Source: an uncultured Verrucomicrobiae bacterium
GTDB lineage: Bacteria > Verrucomicrobiota > Verrucomicrobiia > Chthoniobacterales > JAFAMB01
Length of the DNA stretch: 64,000 nucleotides
Reading direction: 5' to 3'
Assembly (NCBI GenBank): GCA_963837955.1
Contig: CAWIPH010000002.1
Location: 2,144,001 to 2,208,000, forward strand
In this document: positions 20,301 to 26,768 of the stretch, piece by piece
Layout of the letters: each line of letters opens with the position of its first letter
How positions within the stretch are numbered: the stretch's first letter is position 1
Translations under genes and position numbers: made by a program
The notes under the pieces: model-generated
Database searches by the model: none
What the model was told of the DNA's origin: nothing
The model's input: the letters and a program-made list of their open reading frames with translations, nothing else

Positions 20301-20519
20301 GCGGGGGCCGGAGCCAATTCCCGGCACTCCGTAGCCACGGGCATCATTGGCGGAATGATTGTTGCCAGCTCAGTCGCTCTGTTGTTCGTACCTATGTTCT
20401 TTTACCTGATCCAAAGTTCCGGCGAACGCTTCGCCTCCGCGAAAAGCGCTTCGCCCAAAACCCCGCCGACGCCGGCACCGGAAAGACCACCTGGTAGTCT
20501 GCCAGCCACCGGAGGGTAG
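17334..20519 (+). CDS. RND efflux permease, HAE1 (AcrB-like)
   Basis: GIVVDDAIVVVE, GLAAKNAILIVEFA, RLRPIIMTS; 1061 aa. Confidence 0.96.
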   Translation: MISRFCIQRPIFAIVLSVVIMIAGLGAMLSLPIAQYPEISPPQVTVSTSYPGADADTIAQAVAAPIETQVNGVDNMLYMESSCSSAGQYTLSISFQVGTNPDTAQVQVQNRVSLALPSLPDTVQRGGVQTEKRSNSFLMIIGVYSPDGRYDAEYIGNYANLYVLDALKRIPGANQSSILGVPDLAMRIWLKPDRMASLGITPSDITRAVSAQNQQFGAGSVGRSPTESPVAMTFPIVTEGRFSTPQEFDDIILRADPNGVAIVRLKDVGRAEVGLRDYLLRSKLNGKPATLIAIYQQAGSNALAVANNVRQTLGELKRNFPQGLDYTVSLDTTKFVKASIKEVEHTLFEAILLVLAVVFLFLQNFRATIIPTLAVIVSLLGAFIGMLALGFSINLLTLFGLVVAIGIVVDDAIVVVEAVEHNMAALNLSARDAAFRAMEEVSGPVIAVVLVLAAVFLPTAAISGTTGQLYKQFAVTIAVSVAISGFVALTLTPALCALWLRPRHGPRRGFFGWFNRGFDRVTNLYGSGVSYMIRRSVLALCLLAVMLFCTWKLFTTVPGSFVPPEDQGYVLVAAILPDGASLDRAEKVSDTISDIFTKEPAVKDSSVLAGYSLLDGQFKTRAGTLFVSLKDFDERKGAENSAFALIDRVRPKLAAIKEAIVIPVNPPSIPGLGAQGGFEFWIQSRGQGDAGRLQEVVRAFLAKANQRPELADLSATLDAASRQLRLQVDRAKAETLGVPVQDVYDAVQTLFGSLFASQYNKYSRVWQVILQAEAQYRANPDDIDSIYVRSRSNKMVPLSAVVSSRYSVGPDLIQRFNNFLSVRVNGNAAKGFSSGQAIAAMEAVAHEILPEGYTFQWSGQALEEKKSGSSSSLVFVFGVVFVFLILAAQYESWGLPMAVITAVPFAIFGAILGVWLRGLENDVYFQIGLVTLVGLAAKNAILIVEFAVLKRREGLSVRDAAIEAARLRLRPIIMTSLAFIFGMVPMFIAAGAGANSRHSVATGIIGGMIVASSVALLFVPMFFYLIQSSGERFASAKSASPKTPPTPAPERPPGSLPATGG

Positions 20520-20569
20520 GGCGAAACAGATCCAACGAAGGCAGGATCTGTGAGCCTGGAATCGTGGAG

Positions 20570-20790
20570 CGGCCCAAAAATGTCGTCCTCGTGCTCGTCG
20601 TCGTCCTCGATTTGATCGGTGGAAAATCTCACGCAAAGACGCAAAGGCGCAAAGACGGATTTGAACAGAAGGTAACAGAGGAGGTAAGAAATCGAGGACT
20701 TCGCTTGAGCCGAACGTGATTTCCGTTTGCTTCTGTGCCAAACATTTTAGATTCCGCTTCCGATTCTTTGCACCTTTGCGTGAGTCCCTA
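20570..20790. repeat. Cluster of low-complexity intergenic repeats (GTCCTCGT and CGCAAAGA[C/G] families)
   Basis: CTCACGCAAAGACGCAAAG recurs at about 22352-22385, 27896-28030 and 38870-38892; the GTCCTCGTGCTCGTC motif recurs at about 4335-4362. Confidence 0.7.
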
Positions 20791-21329
20791 TCGACAACAA
20801 AGCGCTGCTGCAAAAACGAAAGAGCTAACTACGTCAGGACAAACGAGCGAAGTCAGCCAACTTCGTTCTCTTCCCGCTGTGGGTGAACCTTTGGTGTTTG
20901 GACGCCATCCCGGGGCTTAAGGGATTCGAGATCGAAGGGTTTTAATTCGGGATCGGGGACTACCTTCGTGGGATGGAAGAGATCTTGAAGAGACTTAGCG
21001 GGCCACTCGCAATCGAACACCGGACCAATCGCACCCATGAGTAGTTCGTTAAGGATTCGGCCGGCAAAGTGTCACTGCTAATCTTGTATCAGAACGGGAT
21101 GGTCATTAATTGGAAGCGGATCTAGAGCATGTTGCATCCACAGATTTCCAAGGACGCCGGGCAAAGCTCCGTGCCCATCTCGGAAACGAATACGAGGAAA
21201 ATCGACAACAAGCCGAAGGCTCAAGGCTTGAAGAATCGAGATAGTAGTTTTACTAGTTAATTTACCGTGTTGCTAGCCGTTCAATCGGATGCGCAGCAGC
21301 GCGTCTACCGGCCTTGGGAATCGATACAT

Positions 21330-21525
21330 CCCTGACTGGTAGGGCGAAAACCTCGGCGCGCCGGAAACGTTTGGATTTCTTTTGCGTGGGTCGCGCCGGG
21401 TTTGAGCCGCCCGTTGCACCAATTGTGTTGCGTCTTTTTCCTCGCGTTCCTCAGTCGGACAGGCACGAACGGCTCAAGCCGGTACGGCTGATACCGTACC
21501 AAGCTTTCGCCCTACCAATCGGGGT
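21330..21525. repeat. GGTAGGGCGAAA REP-like inverted doublet
   Basis: TGGTAGGGCGAAA ... TTTCGCCCTACCA; the same motif overlaps the RND stop near 20515. Confidence 0.65.
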
Positions 21526-21641
21526 CAGAACACAGACCCTACCGACGACCGAGCCATCGGAGAGGTTTGGCAGGACCGACGTTTTGTCGTCTGGCATTTG
21601 TCATTTGTCATTTCCCTCCTCCCGCCCTCCATTGTCCCCAG

Positions 21642-22292
21642 ATGCCCGCAACCTACGTAGCATTACTTCGAGGAATCAATCTCGCCGGCAAAAACAAGAT
21701 CCCGATGGCGGACCTGGAAAAAATGTTTACCAAGGCCGGATGCACCAATGTACGGACCTATATCCAAAGCGGGAACGTGATTTTCAGAGCGGCCGCTGAG
21801 ATTTCAGTGCGGCTTCCAGAGATGATCGCAGCGCAAATTAACAAACAGTTCGGATATAAAGTGCCAGTGATGTTGCGAACCGTTGAAGAGATCGGCGACG
21901 TCATTCGCGGCAATCCTTTCCTGAAAGAGGGGGCATCGGAAGATAGCCTGCACGTTCTATTTCTCGCGGATCTGCCGAATCCGCCCGCCGTGAAGAACCT
22001 TGACCCGAACCGCTCGTCGCCTGACACGTTTATTGTCCTCGGAAAAGAAGTTTACCTGCGGCTTCCCAACGGTATGGGGCGGACCAAGCTGACAAATCCA
22101 TATTTCGACTCCAAGCTCAAAACGATCAGCACCGCGCGGAACTGGCGCACCGTAACCAAACTCCTTGAACTGATGGACGGAAACGATCTGACGCCAAGAC
22201 CTGTCCGCAGCGCTTCGCGTAGTCCCGCCCGCATCGTTAGACGAAGTGTTTCGGGTGGGGATGCTGGCGGGCGCAAAGACGCCAAGCTTTGA
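21642..22292 (+). CDS. DUF1697-family protein
   Basis: YVALLRGINLAG, VRTYIQSGNVIF, TARNWRTV; start at ATG 21642. Confidence 0.92.
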   Translation: MPATYVALLRGINLAGKNKIPMADLEKMFTKAGCTNVRTYIQSGNVIFRAAAEISVRLPEMIAAQINKQFGYKVPVMLRTVEEIGDVIRGNPFLKEGASEDSLHVLFLADLPNPPAVKNLDPNRSSPDTFIVLGKEVYLRLPNGMGRTKLTNPYFDSKLKTISTARNWRTVTKLLELMDGNDLTPRPVRSASRSPARIVRRSVSGGDAGGRKDAKL

Positions 22293-22404
22293 TCTGCCTT
22301 CGATGCGATTCCCAAAAACTGCGTCCACCGAATCGTGAATAGCCCTTTGAAATCTTTGCGTCTTTGCGCCTTTGCGTGAAATTTTGCCTTCTGGTTTGAG
22401 ACCC

Positions 22405-22779
22405 TCAGGCATTCGCAGTCTTCCGCTTGTGGATCGTGATCGTGTTGCCGTCCGGATCAAGAATCGCGGCCATGCGACACCCGGGAAATTCCATGGGTTC
22501 AATAACAAACTTGCATCCGCTCTCCTTCAACTCCCGGGTTGCAGTCTCGAAATCCTCCACCTCGAGCGCAACTGAACCGCCATTGGGCGAGGGCTTGAAT
22601 TGCTCGGCACCGGCTCCGATGGCCAGAACGCCCGGGCCGATTTCGTATTCGATCCAGCCCGTTCCATCGCCCTCGTAGGCTGTCGTTGCCTTGAGACCAA
22701 GGGTTCCTTCGTAAAACGCGCGTGCTCTTTTTAGGTCGGTAACGGGATAAACGCTGAATGCAATTTCGTTGACTCTCAT
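22405..22779 (-). CDS. VOC/glyoxalase-family protein
   Basis: VTDLKRARAFYEGTLG; DPDGNTITIH. Confidence 0.92.
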   Translation of the reverse strand: MRVNEIAFSVYPVTDLKRARAFYEGTLGLKATTAYEGDGTGWIEYEIGPGVLAIGAGAEQFKPSPNGGSVALEVEDFETATRELKESGCKFVIEPMEFPGCRMAAILDPDGNTITIHKRKTANA

Positions 22780-22832
22780 GGTTCATTTCCTTCGCTGGTT
22801 AGTTTGTGAATTCTACTATCTTGGGCAGCCTA

Positions 22833-22958
22833 CTATCTGCTATCTGCTATCTGCTATCTGCTATCTGCTATCTGCTATCTGCTATCTGCTATTTGCTATT
22901 TGCTATTTGCTATTTGCTATTTGCTATTTGCTATTTGCTATTTGCTATTTGCTATCCG
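22833..22958. repeat. Heptamer tandem repeat (CTATCTG)x8 (CTATTTG)x9 CTATCCG
   Basis: Counted directly; the last unit supplies the TAG stop of the minus-strand gene. Confidence 0.97.
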
Positions 22959-24028
22959 TCTGTCATCCGTTTCCCCACAAAGTGGCTGTAGCGCTCTGCG
23001 GCTGCTGCGAAGGCCCGAGTTTCCGTCTTGTTCAGTGGAGTGAAAGGGCTGGGCGTGATCACGACTCCCTGTTTCTGGAAAACGCGCTTCCAGGTACCCA
23101 CGACCCGCCCACCTATCACGATAGTGGCCGAAAACACGCCATTATTGCCGGGGAGTATTTTTTTGGCGTGCAACGGATCCAATGAAGCGCTGCGGTCGGT
23201 GTAACCGAGCATGTACTCGTCGAAACCGGGCAAAAGATAGACCGTATTCGAGGCTTTGGGCAACGCGGGCATACCTTGAGGCATCCAATAGACTCTCCCG
23301 TCTATCGTCTCGCGCCGGAGCTGTGCTGAAACCATTTCGATACCTGCTTTGGCGTCCGAAATTTTCAGCCCTGACCACCAAACAAAATCTTGCAGCGTAG
23401 CCGGACCGTGGCCGGTGAAATATCGTCGAGCTAGCTCAGCCAGTGCCTGGTCCCGTTCCGGGCGTTGAGTTTTGGGCAACCATTCGTCTAGCAAGGCAAA
23501 GGTTGCCTGCTTGCCTCGGTGCGCGCCAAAACAGATGACTCCATCGTGGGCCAACCGCCATAAAATATGAAAACCTCGTTGGCCGATAACAGAGATATCA
23601 GCTCGTTCCAATAGCCGATACATTTCGTCGCGCGTTAGCTGCCTGTTACCTTGCAAAGCACCGATGAATAGCTTTTTTATCCGCGCAATCAATGCGTCGT
23701 CGAGCCCAAACAGTTCGTGGCGACGCGCGCTGCTGGCGATAACCCGCGGCGCCAGAAGTTCGAGCATCCAGCGCACATCGGTCGCCGCTACAAAATGCAA
23801 TGTGCCGCGCATGGGCCAAGTGCGTACGATAGTGCGATCGGCAATTGCCTGTTCGATATTCGCCTCAGCGGCATCCGGCAGGCGGAGGCCGATCGACCAG
23901 AGCGAGCCAAGATAATCCTGGGCTTGTATGGCACCGAGCGCGGCCACTACCTCGCTCGGTTTTTTGCACCCGGAACGAGCAATGTGCTGATTGAGCAAGC
24001 GGTAGCGGGCGATATCGCGTCGGGTCAT
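22952..24028 (-). CDS. HTH_42 winged-helix protein (AlkZ/YcaQ-like DNA glycosylase family)
   Basis: GAIQAQD (QxQ), RTWPMRGTLH, YFTGHGPATLQDFVWWSGL, LLPGFDEYMLGY. Confidence 0.88.
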   Translation of the reverse strand: MTRRDIARYRLLNQHIARSGCKKPSEVVAALGAIQAQDYLGSLWSIGLRLPDAAEANIEQAIADRTIVRTWPMRGTLHFVAATDVRWMLELLAPRVIASSARRHELFGLDDALIARIKKLFIGALQGNRQLTRDEMYRLLERADISVIGQRGFHILWRLAHDGVICFGAHRGKQATFALLDEWLPKTQRPERDQALAELARRYFTGHGPATLQDFVWWSGLKISDAKAGIEMVSAQLRRETIDGRVYWMPQGMPALPKASNTVYLLPGFDEYMLGYTDRSASLDPLHAKKILPGNNGVFSATIVIGGRVVGTWKRVFQKQGVVITPSPFTPLNKTETRAFAAAAERYSHFVGKRMTDG

Positions 24029-24130
24029 TGTGGCTTAACCAAATTGCCTTGAATCCTATTCATCACGGATTAGCCGCGCCAGAAATGTTCTCAGAACGCC
24101 TCAAGCTGAATCTTCGGGTAGTGGTACATT

Positions 24131-24409
24131 TTGAAAATTCCGAAATACGGATCTCCGGTACTTGTTGAATGGACTGATTCGTTCGGTTGTACCGATCGGT
24201 GGAGCGAAATCACTTCATGCGACCTCACTCCACCAGTTTGCTTTTCTGCTGGATGGATCGTGCAGAAAACCAAAGATGTGATTTTGGTGGAGCCCCACGT
24301 AGCCGTTGATGGAACAAAAAACCAAGGCTGTGGAGAAATGGCTATCCCCACAGCCTGTATTAGAAAAATAATCAAATTAAATCCTTCTCGTTCGAGGATT
24401 CAGAAATAA
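24131..24409 (+). CDS. Transposon cargo hypothetical protein (92 aa), phage-like small beta-rich family
   Basis: VLVEWTDS...W...PPVCFSAGW...IPTACIRKI pattern; TTG start lies inside the left TIR. Confidence 0.65.
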   Translation: MKIPKYGSPVLVEWTDSFGCTDRWSEITSCDLTPPVCFSAGWIVQKTKDVILVEPHVAVDGTKNQGCGEMAIPTACIRKIIKLNPSRSRIQK

Positions 24410-24547
24410 TCATTTTTTCTTTTTCTTTTTCTTTTCCTGCTTCCGCTCTTCTAACACAGCACCAGCCAAACTCCTTTCCGTCTTGCTAACTCCCTTTTTA
24501 TGGAGGGACCGTGCTGCTTCTCCGATTGTCTTTTTCTTTAAGGGCAT
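24410..24547 (-). CDS. Transposon cargo small basic protein (45 aa)
   Basis: GGAGGT RBS upstream of ATG 24547; MPLKKKTIGEAARSLHKKGVSKTERSLAGAVLEERKQEKKKKKKK; 23 bp downstream of the transposase stop. Confidence 0.65.
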   Translation of the reverse strand: MPLKKKTIGEAARSLHKKGVSKTERSLAGAVLEERKQEKKKKKKK

Positions 24548-24570
24548 ATGAAAATCACCTCCTTTCCCCG

Positions 24571-25392
24571 CTAATCGTTCAACAAAGCGATAACCTCTTC
24601 GATCGACCAAACGTGATCGGTCACACCGGCTTCCATCGCTGGCGTGACCCTGAGCGTTTGGTGAATGCGGCAGAAATTGTAGTGCATGAAGTGAAGAGCG
24701 ATCGCACATTCGTGATTCTCGACTTTCTTTGAGAAGCCATTCGTGAGGCGCGTAAATCTCCGCATGCTTATTCGCATCGTGAGGTTTTGCCGCTCCACAA
24801 AGCTCGTTGAGACGTGCTCGTACACAGGATCTCCGTTGATTACTGCCTTGCGAGCTCCCATGTATTGGGCTGGGCTGTAGCGGCCTTCTTCGGGTGTAGC
24901 TCCATAGATCTTGACCAATTGCGCGTAGTCCACCTCAGAGCCGAACGCATCTTCAACAGCGTACAGATATGCGCCGTGGCCATCGGTCGTCAGTTGCACG
25001 CGATTAGCAAGCCGCTCTTTCAGATCATGAATGAAATGATATGCGGCTCCGGCATTACGCGAACCAATGAACCAAGTTGGGGCAAGCTTGGTATCCGCAT
25101 CGAGGGCAACCCACGTCCAAATATCACCACCGCCAAGAGCCTTTATTTCGGGAGGACAATTCTTTTCCTTGGCGTAAACGAAGGACCATATCTCATCGCA
25201 CTGGATGCGCTTGCACGGCAGGTTTCGGAAAGCTTTGTCTTGATACTCTGAACAGAGCCGACCGAGATCGACTAAAAGCTTTTGAATTGTTGTCCGATGA
25301 ACACCAGTCATTCTCGTGACCGCACGAAGCGAGTTGCCCTCAATCAGTGCGGCAACCACGTGCTTGCGTTCTTCGGTGTCCAAAATGTTCAT
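24571..25392 (-). CDS. IS1-like DDE transposase (single ORF, N-terminal HTH)
   Basis: EGNSLRAVTRMTGV HTH; catalytic CDEIW, TTDG, VERQN; RRFTRLTNGFSKK; TPAMEAG. Confidence 0.93.
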   Translation of the reverse strand: MNILDTEERKHVVAALIEGNSLRAVTRMTGVHRTTIQKLLVDLGRLCSEYQDKAFRNLPCKRIQCDEIWSFVYAKEKNCPPEIKALGGGDIWTWVALDADTKLAPTWFIGSRNAGAAYHFIHDLKERLANRVQLTTDGHGAYLYAVEDAFGSEVDYAQLVKIYGATPEEGRYSPAQYMGARKAVINGDPVYEHVSTSFVERQNLTMRISMRRFTRLTNGFSKKVENHECAIALHFMHYNFCRIHQTLRVTPAMEAGVTDHVWSIEEVIALLND

Positions 25393-25398
25393 ACAAAT

Positions 25399-25434
25399 AA
25401 AATAGCGTATATACTTGAGCGGTCAAGCATATAT
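25399..25434 (-). promoter_or_regulatory. Putative transposase promoter overlapped by a palindromic operator
   Basis: TTGACC-N16-TATTTT ending 6 nt before the ATG (leaderless); TATATACTTGA-GCGG-TCAAGCATATA inverted repeat. Confidence 0.55.
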
Positions 25435-25488
25435 AGGCAAAAATACACAAAAAAACATTGTAAACAAAGATTCCGGGGCGGAAAATGC

Positions 25489-25581
25489 AGGAAGCTGGGG
25501 GATTTGAACCCCCGGTACCTGCTGACACAGGTACACCCGATTCCTAATCGGGCGGTTTAAACCTAGCTCACCCAAGCTTCC
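25489..25581 (-). tRNA. Type II tRNA with Ser-type body and AGG (Pro) anticodon; CCA not encoded
   Basis: GGAAGCT TG GGT GAGCTAGGTTTAA ACC G CCCGA TT-AGG-AA TCGGG T GTACCTG TGTCAG CAGGTAC C GGGGG TTCAAAT CCCCC AGCTTCC T; all stems fully paired; U8, A14, G15:C48, G18G19 and T54-A58 present. Confidence 0.92.
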
Positions 25582-25600
25582 ACAAAAAAGCTTTACAGTG

Positions 25601-25623
25601 GCCGAGACTCAAAAGGTCTCGGC
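25601..25623. terminator. GC hairpin between the wHTH gene and the tRNA
   Basis: GCCGAGAC-TCAAAAG-GTCTCGGC; adjacent T-run only on the + strand, so probably not a strong terminator for the minus-strand transcript. Confidence 0.4.
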
Positions 25624-26063
25624 TATTTTTTTTGGTAACGCGCTGGTATCCGTCCCCTCCCTTCTTTTCTGCTTTCAAGTAGCCCTTCTTTTACAAACTC
25701 CCGTAGATAGTGCGAAATATTTGAACGATTGTGCTCAAGATCAAAACGGAGAGACATATTCCGCATCCGATCTAGCACATCGCGGGCGGTAAAGTCGTCA
25801 TAGGGAGAGAGGAGGTCTAGCGCCTTTAAAACAGCATCGCGAATACCGAGCGAGACCGTTGGTTCTTCGCTGAGGGCATTCGGACCGTAGGTAGAAGACT
25901 GCGGTTCGGGCGCTACGCTTCTGAGTGGCGATAAAAGCGCCAAGGCACGTTTCTGTTCTTCCAAAAGCTCACGTTCCCTCTGAATTTCAGCTTCCCGTTG
26001 GCGCAATTTCTTCTCTTTGATACTAATTGCGAGCTCAATATGATCGAAGTCGGTCATTGGCAT
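25623..26063 (-). CDS. Transposon cargo protein: N-terminal coiled coil plus C-terminal winged HTH
   Basis: KEKKLRQREAEIQRERELLEEQKRAL coiled coil; IRDAVLKAL..FTARDV..SNISHYLREFVKEGLLE...GRGR..RY wHTH pattern; start ATG 26063 or 26057. Confidence 0.75.
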   Translation of the reverse strand: MPMTDFDHIELAISIKEKKLRQREAEIQRERELLEEQKRALALLSPLRSVAPEPQSSTYGPNALSEEPTVSLGIRDAVLKALDLLSPYDDFTARDVLDRMRNMSLRFDLEHNRSNISHYLREFVKEGLLESRKEGRGRIPARYQKK

Positions 26064-26067
26064 ACAC

Positions 26068-26095
26068 AGTATACACAATTGCGTATATAGCGCAA
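26068..26095 (-). promoter_or_regulatory. Putative promoter/operator of the wHTH-tRNA unit
   Basis: TTGCGC-N16-TATACT; palindrome TTGCG-TATATAG-CGCAA (26079-26095) covers the -35. Confidence 0.55.
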
Positions 26096-26102
26096 CCGAT
26101 CG

Positions 26103-26342
26103 TCAGTATTTCTTATTCCAACGACTTTCAGCGGCCTTGCGAGCAATCTCTTTACGTCGCTTTTCGGACAACTTTTGTGCTCTTGCTTTGCCGCCCTTTA
26201 GTCCGCCAAGTCGACCAAGAGATACTGCAGCAGGATTCTTTTTTGGCTCCCCTTGCGCTAGCGAAGCTTGACCGGTAGCCTGCTTAACGACAGAAAACGC
26301 GGTTTCGTTAATGTCCTTCTTCTTACTTGAGCGCTTAGGCAT
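26103..26342 (-). CDS. Small basic KGG-motif protein typical of IS1-like element ends (79 aa)
   Basis: KNPAAVSLGRLGGLKGGKARAQKLSEKRRKEIARKAAESRW. Confidence 0.85.
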   Translation of the reverse strand: MPKRSSKKKDINETAFSVVKQATGQASLAQGEPKKNPAAVSLGRLGGLKGGKARAQKLSEKRRKEIARKAAESRWNKKY

Positions 26343-26450
26343 GCGCTACCGTGGCACACCGAAAAGCAGGATGCCAAACAAATCCGATTTCAAAATGTAC
26401 CACCACCAATCTTCGTTGTGCGGCCCGGTATCTATCGGATAGAAGATAAC

Positions 26451-26705
26451 ATGCCAAAGTCATTCCCTAGCTGGCTGGGTCTCCAAGTCGCTCTGTTGAT
26501 CTGTTTGCTCTGTCAATCCACCCGCGGCGCGCCAGCCAACTCGAAGATCGAAACGATTGTGCTCCTTCGGCACTCCGAAAAACCTCCGGAGGAATTTGGA
26601 CAATTAGCTTGCCAGGGGTTGAATCGGGCGCTGGCCTTGCCCAGCGTCTTGATCAACAAATTCGGAAAACCAAACGCCATTTTTCCACCTAACCCAAGCG
26701 GATAG
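26451..26705 (+). pseudogene. Truncated secreted histidine-phosphatase-superfamily protein
   Basis: Signal peptide, ETIVLLRHSEKP...GQLACQGLNRALALP; ends after about 84 aa. Confidence 0.6.
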
Positions 26706-26768
26706 GTGCCTGAGGAAGGGAATGCGGAATATGTCCATTAGCCAAGTGATGAGAAGGAAAATCCAAAG

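Larger units (their letters stand above)
24117..26407 (-). mobile_element. IS1-like cargo transposon, 2291 bp, with TIRs and 8-bp TSD
   Basis: Left TIR GGTAGTGGTACATTTTGAAA (24117-24136); right TIR reads GGTGGTGGTACATTTTGAAA on the minus strand (26388-26407), 19/20 identical; AATCTTCG at 24109-24116 and 26408-26415; internal DDE transposase; visibly more AT-rich than the flanks. Confidence 0.95.

Noticed and set aside
20853..21038. 61-aa minus-strand ORF in a long intergenic gap
   Set aside because: No recognisable motif or clear RBS; coding status cannot be supported.
22769..23185. ORFs with ICYLLSA/ICYLLFA repeats
   Set aside because: Translations of the heptamer microsatellite.
24091..24375. 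Minus-strand 94-aa ORF ending GIFKMYHYPKIQLEAF
   Set aside because: It runs through the TIR into host DNA (FKMYHY is simply the translated TIR) and is antisense to a more protein-like ORF.
24511..25251. Plus-strand ORFs of 73 and 145 aa
   Set aside because: Antisense shadows of the transposase.
24571..25392. Avoidance of CCU/CCN codons as self-protection against the tRNA
   Set aside because: The transposase uses CCT, CCC, CCA and CCG; no avoidance is visible.
25489..25581. tRNA as integration site, selenocysteine tRNA, 8/4 or 9/3 allo-tRNA, or ordinary tRNA-Ser(GGA)
   Set aside because: It is internal to the TIRs with no duplicated 3' end; the fold is canonical 7/5; and the stem register centres AGG, not GGA or UCA, in the 7-nt loop.
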